From: Pseudomonadota bacterium | GTDB taxonomy: Bacteria > Pseudomonadota > Gammaproteobacteria > Ga0077536 | Assembly: GCA_043734785.1 (NCBI GenBank) | Contig: JAYTEX010000175.1 | Location: forward strand, 704-64,703 | DNA: 64,000 nt | Direction: 5' to 3' | Shown: positions 38,266-48,993 of the stretch, piece after piece | Layout of the letters: every line of letters starts with the position of its first letter | Position numbering within the stretch: position 1 is the first letter of the stretch | Translations under genes and position numbers: made by a program | Notes under the pieces: generated by a model | The model's input: only the letters and a program-made list of their open reading frames with translations | Database searches by the model: none | What the model was told of the DNA's origin: nothing

Positions 38266-39231
38266 CTAGGCCACCTGGGATATTTTCATCGCCGCCGAGA
38301 ACTGGTCGCAGCGCTCGATAAAATCGTGCGCGGTTTTCGGCATCGGGACTCTGGCGAACGCAACCCACTCCATGATTTTTTTGCCCTCCCGAACGAGCTC
38401 CATCCCGCGGGTGACACAGAGGCTCCGTTCCTCTGCCGCGTTCACGCGCGGTTCGAACAAATAAAGCTCGTCGCCCGAGGCGACAAACTCCGGCCAGACC
38501 TCGAAGATCGCAGGATCCGTTTTCATGGTTTCGCTTTCGAGCTTGGCGGCCTTGGCGTAGGCGCTAACGCGTGCCGGCACGCCGGTAAATTGCGCCAGGT
38601 GACTGAAGGTCTGGACCAGCTTGCCTGCAATCTGATCGATGGCCGACATACACAACGCGACCTTGATGTAACGCGACGCGTAGAAATCGGCGATCGGCAT
38701 GTAGAACGCTTTGAGCGGTTCGCCCCAGAGTTCATCCAGACCTTCTTCTCCGCTGAAGTGGAGCACTTGCTTGCCGAGGTCGAACGCCTCGAGAAAGCAG
38801 GTTTCGCACTCGCGCAGCAGTTCATTGTCGTAAGCGATTTCAATGCCACGCTGCTTGAGTTCAAAAATGATGTTGAAGATATCCGAACCGCGATTCAGCA
38901 ATGCGCCCGCGAGCATGGCGGCGTTGACCCTTCTGCGATAGGGATCGGTTTGGCGGTCATAGGCGGCGCGCGCACTCTGGAGTTTATATCCCGGTGTATT
39001 GATCCCGGGTTCCGTGTGGTGGAAAACCCGTTTGGTCAGTTGATCGATCAGTTCCCGGCGGGCGACTTCCTCATTGGCCGGGACATCGTAATGGCGAATC
39101 CAGTAGCCATCGAAAAAAATGACTCTTTTGCCATCCAGTTGGCTGATCGCGCCATTCGTAGGCACGGCGAGCGCTTGGTCGACGCTGGGGGATCGAGGAT
39201 GGGTGTCTGTCGTCATAACCATGGCTCTCAA
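38266..39231 (-). CDS. hypothetical protein (about 320 aa), no domain recognised
   Basis: A long ORF with a coding-like codon pattern in a lipid-catabolic neighbourhood. The start is uncertain (MRAMVMTTDTHP). Confidence 0.5.
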   Translation of the reverse strand: MRAMVMTTDTHPRSPSVDQALAVPTNGAISQLDGKRVIFFDGYWIRHYDVPANEEVARRELIDQLTKRVFHHTEPGINTPGYKLQSARAAYDRQTDPYRRRVNAAMLAGALLNRGSDIFNIIFELKQRGIEIAYDNELLRECETCFLEAFDLGKQVLHFSGEEGLDELWGEPLKAFYMPIADFYASRYIKVALCMSAIDQIAGKLVQTFSHLAQFTGVPARVSAYAKAAKLESETMKTDPAIFEVWPEFVASGDELYLFEPRVNAAEERSLCVTRGMELVREGKKIMEWVAFARVPMPKTAHDFIERCDQFSAAMKISQVA

Positions 39232-39603
39232 GCTACGCGGTCGCTTTGCGCAAGATATCTACTTCCCGCTAGGCCAGCGTCCGACGCGGACCTGGCCCGT
39301 TCCACCCTGGGTGCCTCGGCGGGGCGCGTATGATACAAACATCGACTTACGGATCGATATCGATCACGGGCTCGATGGGATCTAGCGGCCGCGCCATTAA
39401 ATCCTCATCCTCCGCGCATGGCTACTTGTGATATAAGCCCGCGACACACAGGCGCAAAAACCCAGTACCCAATGCACGACTCGATGCCGGGCAAAGCCAC
39501 TCGTCGCGATGACTTACGTCATTAACAATTTCTCGCCGGGCCAAAACCCGCTGCCCGGCACCCCGTTCTCCAAACACTGAGACAACACCGAAAGGAATGC
39601 GCA

Positions 39604-40761
39604 ATGGGTCCATTACAGGGCGTTAAAATCGTCGAGTTCGCGGGCATCGGCCCTGGCCCTCTGTGCGGCATGATGCTGGCCGATATGGGTGCAGAAGTTC
39701 TGCGTATCGATCGCAAAGTGCCGGTCAGTCACTACGCCGGCCAGAAGTTTGATTCCTACAATCCCGGACGCTTCGGGGTTCTCAATCGTGGCAAACGCTC
39801 GGTAACCTTGCATCTCAAGTTGCCGGAAGGAGTGGCGGCGGCACGCCGGCTGGTGGCGCAGGCCGATGCCCTGATCGATCCCTTCCGACCCGGCGTGATG
39901 GAGAAGCTCGGTCTCGGCCCTGCGCCTTGCCTGGCGGAGAATCCCCGCCTCGTCTATGGCCGCATGACCGGTTTCGGACAAGATGGCCCGCTGGCGCAGG
40001 CCGCCGGCCATGACCTGAACTACATCGGCATCTCCGGCGCCTTGCACATTATCGGGCGACCGGGCGAGAAGCCGGTACCGCCCATCAACTATGTAGGAGA
40101 TTACGGCGGCGGTGCCTGTATGCTGGCCTTCGGGATCGCCTGCGGGCTGGTTGAAGCGCGCAGTTCAGGGCGCGGACAGATCATCGATACCGCCATGACA
40201 GAGGGCTCTGCGATCCTGGCGGCGATGATGTACGGCATGTTTGCACAGGGCGCGTGGCAGCCCAAAGGTCAGAACCGAATCGATGGCGGTGCCCACTTCT
40301 ATGATGTTTACGAATGTCAGGACGGCAAGTATCTGACGGTTGCCTGCGCCGAACCGCAGTTCTACGAACTGTTACTCGACCTCATGCAACTCGACGACCC
40401 TGAATTGCGCACCGACCGCATGAACCCAGCGCGCTGGCCTGATCTGAAGGCACGTCTGGTCGTTGCTTTTAAGTCCAGGACCCGTGACGAATGGTGCGCC
40501 ATCCTGGAAGGCACGGATGCTTGCGTAACGCCAATGCTCGATTTCGCTGAAGCGCCGCGCCATCCCCACAATGTTGCACGCAAGGCCTTCATTACATTGG
40601 ATGGCGTCACCCAACCGGCGCCTGCACCGCGCTTCAGCCGGACCGTCCCGGAAGTGACCCGGCGTCCGCCTTTGGCCGGTGAAAACAACCGCGACGCGCT
40701 CCTCGACTGGGGTTTCAGCGAACCGGAGATCGCGGCATTACAGGCTTCGGGCGCGTTATAA
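39604..40761 (+). CDS. family III CoA-transferase, alpha-methylacyl-CoA racemase (AMACR/Mcr)-like
   Basis: The N-terminus GPLQGVKIVEFAGIGPGPLCGMMLADMGAEVLRIDR is very similar to AMACR/CaiB family N-termini. It is 385 aa. Confidence 0.8.
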   Translation: MGPLQGVKIVEFAGIGPGPLCGMMLADMGAEVLRIDRKVPVSHYAGQKFDSYNPGRFGVLNRGKRSVTLHLKLPEGVAAARRLVAQADALIDPFRPGVMEKLGLGPAPCLAENPRLVYGRMTGFGQDGPLAQAAGHDLNYIGISGALHIIGRPGEKPVPPINYVGDYGGGACMLAFGIACGLVEARSSGRGQIIDTAMTEGSAILAAMMYGMFAQGAWQPKGQNRIDGGAHFYDVYECQDGKYLTVACAEPQFYELLLDLMQLDDPELRTDRMNPARWPDLKARLVVAFKSRTRDEWCAILEGTDACVTPMLDFAEAPRHPHNVARKAFITLDGVTQPAPAPRFSRTVPEVTRRPPLAGENNRDALLDWGFSEPEIAALQASGAL

Positions 40762-40914
40762 CTGCCCAAATCGAGGCGCACCAGGCCCTAGGAAAACGGT
40801 AATCCACAAACTGTTTGCGCAGTTCGAGCTTGCTTAAGCTTGCCCGTCGCCGTGTGCGGCAACTGCGCCGCGACCGGTGCGCCCAAGCACACTTTCTCGT
40901 GCTAGAGTCAGAAA

Positions 40915-41964
40915 ATGCCCGCTCGCCTCCTGACTATCCGGCGCCCCGATGATTGGCACGTGCACCTGCGCGACGAGCGTATGCTGGCCGCAGTCCTGCC
41001 CGCGACCGCCGGCATCTTCGCCCGCGCCATCGTGATGCCTAACCTCCAGCCGCCGGTCACCACCGCCAAGGCGGCCGCGGCCTATCGTGCGCGGATTATC
41101 GCGGCGCTGCCGCGTGAGTCTCACTTCACGCCGCTCATGACTTGCTATCTGACCGACACCATCGATCCCACCGACATGGCGGTAGGATTCCGCGCCGGCA
41201 TTTTCACGGCGGCCAAACTCTATCCCGCTGGCGCAACCACCCATTCGCAAGCCGGCGTCACCGCCATGCCGCGAATCCACCGCACCTTGGAGACCTTGCA
41301 GACGCTGGGGATGCCACTGCTCGTGCATGGCGAGGTGGTGGATGAGGAGGTGGATGTATTCGATCGGGAAGCGGTCTTCATCGAACGTGAGATGGTGCCT
41401 CTGCGGCGAGATTTTCCCGAGCTGAAGCTGGTGTTCGAACACATCACCACCCAGGAAGCCGTCGAGTTCGTGACCGAAGCGCCGGGTCCTACCGCCGCCA
41501 CCGTGACGCCGCACCACCTCATGATTAATCGCAATGCGATGTTCGCCGGCGGGATCCGTCCGCATGCCTACTGCTTACCGGTCGCGAAGCGAGAGCAGCA
41601 TCGATTGGCGCTGCGCCAGGCCGTCACTTCGGGCAATCCGCGATTTTTTTTAGGCACCGATTCGGCGCCTCATCTGCGCCACCTGAAAGAGCACGATTGC
41701 GGATGCGCCGGAGTCTTCAACGCACCGACCGCGATGGCGTGCTATGCGCAGGTTTTCGCGGAGGAAAATTGCCTTTCGCTGCTCGAGGGGTTTGCCTCGG
41801 TGTATGGTCCCCGGTTCTACGGCTTGCCCCTCAATGAAGATCGCATCGAACTTGCGCAAACTGCCGCTGCCGACCCCACCACAGAGTGGTTAACCCCTGA
41901 CGGCGCGGTTCGAGTCTTCACCCCCCCTGGCGGCTTGTGCTGGCGTGTGCGCTCGATTGGCTAA
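40915..41964 (+). CDS. pyrC: dihydroorotase (homodimeric class II type)
   Basis: It has DDWHVHLRD, the carboxylated Lys region (AAKLYPAGATTHS), and VFEHITT...FLGTDSAPH. Confidence 0.9.
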   Translation: MPARLLTIRRPDDWHVHLRDERMLAAVLPATAGIFARAIVMPNLQPPVTTAKAAAAYRARIIAALPRESHFTPLMTCYLTDTIDPTDMAVGFRAGIFTAAKLYPAGATTHSQAGVTAMPRIHRTLETLQTLGMPLLVHGEVVDEEVDVFDREAVFIEREMVPLRRDFPELKLVFEHITTQEAVEFVTEAPGPTAATVTPHHLMINRNAMFAGGIRPHAYCLPVAKREQHRLALRQAVTSGNPRFFLGTDSAPHLRHLKEHDCGCAGVFNAPTAMACYAQVFAEENCLSLLEGFASVYGPRFYGLPLNEDRIELAQTAAADPTTEWLTPDGAVRVFTPPGGLCWRVRSIG

Positions 41965-41967
41965 CGC

Positions 41968-43272
41968 GTGACCTCGGAACCTTCAGTGAGCGCGGCCGGC
42001 GAATTACTGGTCGCGCGCGACCGCCGACATCTCTGGCACCCGTATAGTGCTGTAAACGGGCCGACGCCTTTGTTCCCCGTGGTCTCTGCCTCGGGCGTAC
42101 GCTTGCGCCTCGCCGACGGCCGCGAACTCATTGATGGCATGTCGTCGTGGTGGTCGGCAATCCACGGTTACAACGTCCCCGAACTGAATACTGCGGCGGC
42201 GGCCCAACTGGCCCGCATGTCGCACGTGATGTTCGGCGGTCTGACCCATGAACCGGCTATCGCGTTGGCCGAACGGCTGGTCGAGATGACGCCAGTGGGG
42301 CTCGACACGGTGTTCTTTGCCGACAGTGGATCGGTCGCCGTGGAGGTCGCGATTAAAATGGCGCTCCAGTTTTGGGCCGCGCGCGGCCAGCCACAGCGCC
42401 AACGCCTATTGACGATTCGGGGTGGCTATCACGGGGATACGTTCGGCGCGATGTCCGTGTGCGATCCGATGACGGGCATGCATAAACTTTTCCAAGGTGC
42501 GCTCGCCGCGCAGATTTTCGCGCCGCGTCCCGAGTGTCGGTTTGACGGCACCTGGGATGATCGCGACTGCGACGAATTCGAGCAGCTGATTGGTCATCAC
42601 GCGCCCGAATTAGCGGCCGTCATCCTGGAGCCGATCGTGCAAGGTGCTGGCGGCATGTGGTTCTACCATCCTCGCTACCTGCAGCGGATCAGATCCCTGT
42701 GCGATCACCACGGTCTGCTGTTGATTGCGGACGAGATCGCCACCGGTTTCGCACGGACGGGGAAATTGTTTGCATGCGAGCACGCCGCCATTACGCCCGA
42801 CATCCTGTGCGTCGGAAAAGCGCTGACGGGCGGCTACATGACACTGGCGGCAACCCTGGCGACGCGAGAAATCGCCGAGACGATCGCCGGTGCCCCGCCG
42901 GGCGTATTCATGCATGGCCCCACCTTCATGGCCAATCCGCTGGCCTGCCAGGTCGCGCTGGCAAGCATTAATCTTCTGCTTGATAGCCCTTGGCAAGCCC
43001 GGATTTTGCGCCTAGGCGCGTTGCTTGCCGAAGGGCTCGAGCCCTGTCGCGCACTGGCTCAGGTGGCAGATGTGCGAGTGTGTGGCGCAATTGGCGTGGT
43101 CGAGATGACTCACCCTGTCGACCTCTGCACGATGCCCCACGCGTTCGTCGCGCGCGGCGTGTGGGTGCGACCCTTCGGTCGACTAGTCTATGTCATGCCG
43201 CCTTTCATCATTGACGAGCAGGACTTGCGAACACTCACGACGGCGATCGTGGAGGTCGTGTCGAACAGCTAA
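41968..43272 (+). CDS. bioA: adenosylmethionine-8-amino-7-oxononanoate aminotransferase
   Basis: It has HLWHPYS, SSWWSAIHGYN, DEIATGFARTGKLFA (PLP Lys), and a BioA-like overall class-III aminotransferase pattern. Confidence 0.85.
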   Translation: MTSEPSVSAAGELLVARDRRHLWHPYSAVNGPTPLFPVVSASGVRLRLADGRELIDGMSSWWSAIHGYNVPELNTAAAAQLARMSHVMFGGLTHEPAIALAERLVEMTPVGLDTVFFADSGSVAVEVAIKMALQFWAARGQPQRQRLLTIRGGYHGDTFGAMSVCDPMTGMHKLFQGALAAQIFAPRPECRFDGTWDDRDCDEFEQLIGHHAPELAAVILEPIVQGAGGMWFYHPRYLQRIRSLCDHHGLLLIADEIATGFARTGKLFACEHAAITPDILCVGKALTGGYMTLAATLATREIAETIAGAPPGVFMHGPTFMANPLACQVALASINLLLDSPWQARILRLGALLAEGLEPCRALAQVADVRVCGAIGVVEMTHPVDLCTMPHAFVARGVWVRPFGRLVYVMPPFIIDEQDLRTLTTAIVEVVSNS

Positions 43273-43303
43273 CCGTGGGTGATGGATCAGTATCGCCGTT
43301 TCT

Positions 43304-44398
43304 TTAAGCTCGATAAGCGGCGGCGAGTGTCGCCACCGCCGGATAGGTGATTCTGCCATCACAAACATTTAACCCATTGGCCAAGTGCGGATCGGCGCTA
43401 AGCGCGCGTGAGTACCCGTGGTCGGCGAGTTTGAGCACGAATGGCAAGGTGGCATTGTTGAGTGCCTGTGCGGAGGTCCGAGGCACTGCACCCGGCATGT
43501 TGGCCACGCAGTAATGAATCACGTGATCGACCACGAAGGTCGGCGCCGAGTGCGTGGTCGGATGACTCGTCTCAGCGCACCCGCCCTGGTCGATCGCGAC
43601 GTCCACAATGACCGAGCCGGGTTGCATCAGGCCGAGCATCTTGCGCGTGATGAGCTTCGGCGCCGCGGCGCCGGGAACCAGGACGGCGCCGATCACAAGA
43701 TCAGCCGTCTGCAGCGCCTGTTCAGTACTGTCGCGGGTCGCGAAGAGTGTCGTAAGGCGTCCGCCAAACTGGGCGTCGAGCGCGCGCAGGCGTGGCAAGG
43801 ACTTATCTAGCACGGTCACCTTGGCCTGCATGCCCGCCGCCATTTGAATCGCGTTGGTGCCGACCACTCCGCCGCCAATCACGACCACGTGCGCTGGCGC
43901 GACGCCAGGGATGCCGCCGAGTAGGATGCCCGCGCCGCCCATCGAGCGTTCGAGGCAGCGGGCCCCCGCCTGGATGGCGAGCCGACCCGCCACCTCACTC
44001 ATGGGCGCCAGCAATGGCAGGCTGCCATCGCTAGCCGTCACCGTTTCATAGGCGATGCCGACTACCCCGGTGGCGGCCAGCGCCAGTGCCAGCGCTGGGT
44101 CGGCGGCGAGATGCAGATAAGTAAAAAGTATCTGATCAGGTCGCAAGAGCGCGATTTCGCTCGTTTGCGGCTCTTTAACCTTCACGATCATCTCCGCGCA
44201 CTCGAATACCTCGGCGGCACAGGACAGGATGCGTGCGCCGAGGGCCGCATACATGTCGTCAGTGGCACCGATGCCGAGACCCGCACCCCTTTCGACGCAC
44301 ACCTCATGGCCGTGCGCGAGCGCCTCGCGCACGCTGCTAGGCGTCATCCCGACTCGGAACTCGTGGGACTTGATTTCTTTTGGAACGCCGATGCGCAT
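43304..44398 (-). CDS. ald: alanine dehydrogenase
   Basis: The N-terminus [20 protein letters not shown], the NAD-binding [10 protein letters not shown] and its length match AlaDH. Confidence 0.85.
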   Translation of the reverse strand: MRIGVPKEIKSHEFRVGMTPSSVREALAHGHEVCVERGAGLGIGATDDMYAALGARILSCAAEVFECAEMIVKVKEPQTSEIALLRPDQILFTYLHLAADPALALALAATGVVGIAYETVTASDGSLPLLAPMSEVAGRLAIQAGARCLERSMGGAGILLGGIPGVAPAHVVVIGGGVVGTNAIQMAAGMQAKVTVLDKSLPRLRALDAQFGGRLTTLFATRDSTEQALQTADLVIGAVLVPGAAAPKLITRKMLGLMQPGSVIVDVAIDQGGCAETSHPTTHSAPTFVVDHVIHYCVANMPGAVPRTSAQALNNATLPFVLKLADHGYSRALSADPHLANGLNVCDGRITYPAVATLAAAYRA

Positions 44399-44540
44399 GG
44401 TGCGACTCCTGTGACGGAAGATGGAATAGTCATAAGCCCGATAACCGCCGCTGCGATGTGCAAAGGCTAGCCCAAGTCGGGCGCGAGTTTATTGTTTTGT
44501 TGCAAAAAATGGACTCCAATACGAAAGAATATCGCTGTTT

Positions 44541-45164
44541 TTGATGCCCATGGACCTTCCAATAAGAAGCCCGCGCGCGGACCTGTCAGGTAACGACGGG
44601 TTTGTCGCGCGCGCCCTGCTGAAATGGCCTGACGTTCCCGCCTGTTATGGCTGGCTGGGGCTGAATGGTCGCGGGCGTTGGTTAATCCAGGGTGCACCCA
44701 TCGCGCATTCAGGCATCCTCGATTTTCTCAACCGTCACTACTTGGCGGATCAGCGGGGCTGCTGGTATGTCCAGAATGGACCGCAACGCGCCTATGTCGA
44801 CCTCGAGCTTGCGCCGTGGATTCTGGTCCTCGACGGGCATCACCAACTCATGACTCATACGGGTCGCCAAGTCACGCGAATCGAAGCGCTCACCATCACC
44901 GACACAGGACAGATTTTCCTACTGACCGAGCACGGATTTGGTGCACTTTCTGACCGCGATCTCGCGAATTTCCTCGCCTGCTGTGGATCTGACGCGCATT
45001 CGCTGTCGCATGAGCAGTGGCTGGAAGCCCTGCTGGCACTGAATCACGGAGATGCGCACCTTGCGCTGCTTTGGGGTGGGCATCGAATTCGATGCCGTCA
45101 TGTGCCGTGGCACGACTTGGAGCATGAGTTCGGATTTCAACGGCATCCTGCTGGCGAGCGCTAA
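44541..45164 (+). CDS. conserved hypothetical protein (possibly DUF1285-like)
   Basis: It is 207 aa and contains GRWLIQGAPIAH...CWYVQNGPQRAYVDLELAPWIL. The assignment is tentative. Confidence 0.45.
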   Translation: MMPMDLPIRSPRADLSGNDGFVARALLKWPDVPACYGWLGLNGRGRWLIQGAPIAHSGILDFLNRHYLADQRGCWYVQNGPQRAYVDLELAPWILVLDGHHQLMTHTGRQVTRIEALTITDTGQIFLLTEHGFGALSDRDLANFLACCGSDAHSLSHEQWLEALLALNHGDAHLALLWGGHRIRCRHVPWHDLEHEFGFQRHPAGER

Positions 45165-45231
45165 GGCCTTGGTCGTGTAATTTGCACGTAACGATGACGT
45201 AACCGCCTGTAAATTCAGATAAGCTACACGC

Positions 45232-46824
45232 ATGGAGTTGGATGAAACAGCGCTGATCGACGTTCGCGGCAAGCAACTCGACAGACTTCTAAAACAGAGT
45301 CGCGCAGAGATCCTGGCCGGGCTCGGTGCAATTGTCTTAGGCGTGCTCGTGACCAGCGGAGCGGTGCCGGCTGTGGCCGCCCTTGCCTGGGCGGCGGTGA
45401 CAGCGCTCTGTTACGGCAGCCGCTATGTACTCGTCGAACTCCAGAGTCGCCAGCCGGTTACCGATGCCACGGTCAAGCGACGGACCCAGATGTTCGTCGG
45501 CACAGTCGCCGCGACCGGACTGTGCTGGGGACTGTTCGTCGCGTATTCGTTGAGCCGCAATGAACTCGCCCTTAGCCTACCGTTACTGTTGCTGGCGAGT
45601 GCTGCGTGCGTCCTTTCGCTGGGCGCACACGCCGGTTCCGAGCAAGCCGGGATCACCACCGCACTGACGACCCTACTACCCGCAAGCGCGGTGCTCGTGG
45701 TGCAACTGAGCAAACTTGAGCTGATGTCTGCCGCCGGCGTCTTAGCGCTCGGTGCGGCCGCTGTGTTTACCGCCCGCAGCCTTAAAGGACAAATCTGGGA
45801 AGCCACCGCGCTGCGCGAACGCAACAAGAACTTATCAAGTTATCTCGACCAACGCCGGGATCAGGTCGAAAAGCTTAACGTGGAACTGAAAACCACCCAG
45901 GCGAAACATGAACAATCCGAGGTGAATCTACGCCGCACCTCGGCGGACCTCGGACTGGTACAAGGAAAATCAAAGGCGCTCGCCGACACACTGGAGCGAA
46001 TTTCACCGATGTGCCAGGTCACAGGACTGGCTAATCGGCGGCATTTTGACCAGCTCATGGATGGCGAATGGCGCCGTGCGGCCCGTGAAGGCAAGGTCCT
46101 ATCGATTTGTGTGCTGGACATCGACGACTACGACGAGTACGTAGCGACCTATGGTCAGCAACCGGCGGATGCGCTGTTGAAGCGAATCGCCACCAGCCTC
46201 AAGGGCTTCGGCCGCCGCGCCGGCGATACGGCAGGCCGCTACGACGACCATAAGCTGGCCTTGTTGCTCCCCGGCTGTGACACGCGTATCGCCAACCGAA
46301 TGGCTGAAGCCGCGCGCAAAAGAATCGAGCAGCTGGCAATCCCGCACGCCAATGCGAAAAACAACCCGATCGTCACCGCCCATCTCGGCGTTGCGATGAT
46401 TAAGCCGAACCGTTCGCTCGCGCCAGAAACGCTCCTGAAACGTGTGGATACTGCGCTCTACGAAGCGCGTTTCCAGGGCGGCAACCGGGTAATTGCTTAC
46501 CAACCGCTCAGCAAACTCCGGGTTGAACGGTGGGAACCTCCGCGTGATGGTCCGCTGAGCGAGCAATCGCTCATGCAGAAGCTGCTGGTCTGGGGATATG
46601 ACACGACAAAGCTCCTGATGCGTCCCGGCACTAAAGTCGAACCCGAGATTGTGGCCGCAGAAAAAGTCCTTGCCATTGCAAGTGGTGAACTCAAGATCGA
46701 GGTCGAAGGACACACCATGAACCTAAAACCCGGCGATTGTGTGTTCATCCCGCAGGGCGTAGAACTCGGGCTAGAGGTCCTCGGCGAGCGTTCGGTACTG
46801 AAATTCACCGCCGCGAAGCACTAA
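45232..46824 (+). CDS. membrane protein with coiled-coil linker, degenerate GGDEF domain (RYDDHK in place of GGDEF/GGEEF) and C-terminal cupin domain
   Basis: The N-terminal roughly 190 aa contain multiple TM helices. The GGDEF-like core is LANRRHFDQ...SICVLDIDDYDEY...GDTAGRYDDHKLALLLPG, with the A-site replaced. The C-terminus GELKIEVEGHTMNLKPGDCVFIPQGVELGLEVLGE is cupin_2-like. Confidence 0.7.
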   Translation: MELDETALIDVRGKQLDRLLKQSRAEILAGLGAIVLGVLVTSGAVPAVAALAWAAVTALCYGSRYVLVELQSRQPVTDATVKRRTQMFVGTVAATGLCWGLFVAYSLSRNELALSLPLLLLASAACVLSLGAHAGSEQAGITTALTTLLPASAVLVVQLSKLELMSAAGVLALGAAAVFTARSLKGQIWEATALRERNKNLSSYLDQRRDQVEKLNVELKTTQAKHEQSEVNLRRTSADLGLVQGKSKALADTLERISPMCQVTGLANRRHFDQLMDGEWRRAAREGKVLSICVLDIDDYDEYVATYGQQPADALLKRIATSLKGFGRRAGDTAGRYDDHKLALLLPGCDTRIANRMAEAARKRIEQLAIPHANAKNNPIVTAHLGVAMIKPNRSLAPETLLKRVDTALYEARFQGGNRVIAYQPLSKLRVERWEPPRDGPLSEQSLMQKLLVWGYDTTKLLMRPGTKVEPEIVAAEKVLAIASGELKIEVEGHTMNLKPGDCVFIPQGVELGLEVLGERSVLKFTAAKH

Positions 46825-46961
46825 ATTGTCGGGCGCCCCAAGGGTCTCTCGGCGCACGGATCTCCCGCGCGAGGTCGATTTGATTGGCGTCGTGGTGGCG
46901 CCCATGGCGGGAGATCTCGTCACAATATCTGTTTTACCCAAGCAAAGGATTCCATAGGAAT

Positions 46962-47642
46962 ATGAGTAAGAAGTTCGTTATTTTTGCCGTGTGCTGCTAT
47001 CTCGCGCCCGCCCTCGCCGCGGAGGGAGGCATCACGCTGGATACCGACCAGAAGCGGATCAGCTATGCAATCGGACTCAGCACTGCGCAAAGCATCGCGC
47101 GCCAAGGTGTCGAGCTCGATTTGAACACCTTCATGACGGGCGTGCGGGATGCTGTGGAGGGCGCCCCCCCTCGTCTGACTCAGGAGGAATTTAAGGCGGC
47201 GCTTGCCAATGCCACGAGCTCCGTTAACGACAAACTCAAGGAGCGCGCCAAATCAAACCTCGAAGCCGGCCTGGCATTCATGCACGCAAACAAGGAGAAG
47301 AAAGAGGTCGTCGAGCTTTCGAACGGCATTCAATACAAAGAGTTGCGCAAGGGCTCCGGGAAGCGGCCTAAAGTCGAGGACACCGTGGTGGTGCACTACG
47401 AGGGCAGCCTCATCGACGGGACGGTTTTTGACAGTTCGAAGGCCCGCGGCGAACCGGCGACTTTCCCGATCAACGGCGTGATCCAGGGGTGGCAGGAAGT
47501 GCTGCCGCTGATGGCGACGGGCTCACGTTGGCAGGTCGTGATCCCGCCCAAACTCGCGTATGGCATCCAAGGTGCCGGCGCCGGTATCGGCCCCAATGAG
47601 ACACTGGTGTTCGAAATCGAATTGTTGGAAATCAAGCACTAG
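46962..47642 (+). CDS. FKBP-type peptidyl-prolyl cis-trans isomerase (FkpA/FklB-like) with signal peptide
   Basis: It has a signal peptide MSKKFVIFAVCCYLAPALA and the FKBP domain (VVVHYEGSLIDGTVFDSS...IQGWQEVLPLM..GSRWQVVIPPKLAYG...LVFEIELLEI). Confidence 0.85.
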   Translation: MSKKFVIFAVCCYLAPALAAEGGITLDTDQKRISYAIGLSTAQSIARQGVELDLNTFMTGVRDAVEGAPPRLTQEEFKAALANATSSVNDKLKERAKSNLEAGLAFMHANKEKKEVVELSNGIQYKELRKGSGKRPKVEDTVVVHYEGSLIDGTVFDSSKARGEPATFPINGVIQGWQEVLPLMATGSRWQVVIPPKLAYGIQGAGAGIGPNETLVFEIELLEIKH

Positions 47643-47658
47643 CGGGAGCAGCAAACTG

Positions 47659-48786
47659 CTAGCGCCGCACCGCCACTTGCCGACGCTGCTCAAGCGGGCA
47701 TTGCGCCACCCTGGCAACGAGCTCAGAACCGAGCAGTGCGACCCGCCACCCCTGCAGCAGTCTGGAGGGCGGGTCGCCGAGGATCGTGGCTTCAAGATCT
47801 TTACGGTTTGCGATTAGCGTCGCCGACATGCCCGTTTCCGCCGCGCGTTGTTTGACCAGCGCCTGTAATTCGCCAAGCAAGCGAGTCCCCTCGGTGCTCA
47901 GTCGCCAGTGCACAATATCGCGATCCTCCCCGAATTCCGTGGCAGCCAGTACCTGGATGATTTCATCCCCATGGCGGCGCACGATCGACGCCGCCATGCC
48001 AGCAATAGTTCCCAAGGCAGCCCGGCTGCTTGCGGCATTCGCGGCGATCGCGAGTAGCGCCTCGTCTTTGAGTAGCCACCCGCGCGGACAATCCAGGCGT
48101 TGCGCGGTGCGCTCTCGCCAGATCGCCAGCGCTCGCCCGCGCGCCGCCGCCCGCGTGGTAACAGCAGCCAGTCCGGGCAATCGGCGCCAAGCTTCTTCGG
48201 GCAATTCCGCGCCGCGTACGGCGGGTCCGAGACCTGCCGTTTCCTCCCACAGCCAGTCCAATTTTCCAGCCTCCTCCAGGGCCTGGCGAAGCACCTGGTA
48301 GAGCGCTCCCAGGTATTTCACATCATCCTGGGCATAGGCCAGTTGCGCCGGTGACAACGGCCGTTGCGTCCAATCAGTTCTGGTTTGGGATTTGTCCAAG
48401 GTCACGCCAAAGTAGTGCTGAACCAACCAGGCATACGCCACCTGGTCGGGATGGCCCACCATCGCAGCGGCGAGTTGGGTGTCGAACAGCGGCCAAACAG
48501 CGCCAATCCCGGCATGGTTCAACGCCTCAAGATCCTGGCGAGCCGCGTGAAATATTTTGACTTGATGCTCGCAAGTCAGGAACTGACTCAGGCGTTCCAG
48601 GTCCGATAGCACGAGCGTATCGACGACAAAGTCAGTGGTGGGGGCCCCGATTTGCAGGAGACACAGCTTTGGGTAGTAGGTGCGTTCGCGAAGAAATTCG
48701 GTATCCACCGCTAACCAAGGTGCGTGCGCCACTGTGGTGAGGGCGGCCTCCAGCGCGTCCGGTTGGTCGATTAGCGTTGGTGTCAC
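47659..48786 (-). CDS. rnd: ribonuclease D
   Basis: It has the DEDDy 3'-5' exonuclease N-terminus (LAVDTEFLRERTYYPKLCLLQI...KIFHAARQDLEAL) plus an HRDC-like C-terminus. Confidence 0.85.
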   Translation of the reverse strand: MTPTLIDQPDALEAALTTVAHAPWLAVDTEFLRERTYYPKLCLLQIGAPTTDFVVDTLVLSDLERLSQFLTCEHQVKIFHAARQDLEALNHAGIGAVWPLFDTQLAAAMVGHPDQVAYAWLVQHYFGVTLDKSQTRTDWTQRPLSPAQLAYAQDDVKYLGALYQVLRQALEEAGKLDWLWEETAGLGPAVRGAELPEEAWRRLPGLAAVTTRAAARGRALAIWRERTAQRLDCPRGWLLKDEALLAIAANAASSRAALGTIAGMAASIVRRHGDEIIQVLAATEFGEDRDIVHWRLSTEGTRLLGELQALVKQRAAETGMSATLIANRKDLEATILGDPPSRLLQGWRVALLGSELVARVAQCPLEQRRQVAVRR

Positions 48787-48993
48787 GAGCGCCTCGCCGC
48801 GCGCCGTAGGTGGGCCGCGTAGGACCTCCTCCTCGGCTCCAGAAATTCCTTAAACGAATGCGTCAACAATGCGCTTTTTCTCACTTTTTCTGGACCCAGG
48901 GCCGAGTTGGATACGCTACACTACACCCGATTATATTCCAAATGGCCAGCCCGGCGCTTCGGCCCGAAGGTCGGCGTCAAAGCAGCGAGATTT

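Noticed and set aside
47643-47660. Short AGCAG-caaa-CTGCT hairpin between convergent fkpA-like and rnd genes as a bidirectional terminator
   Set aside because: It has only a 5-bp stem and no U/A runs, which is too weak to call.
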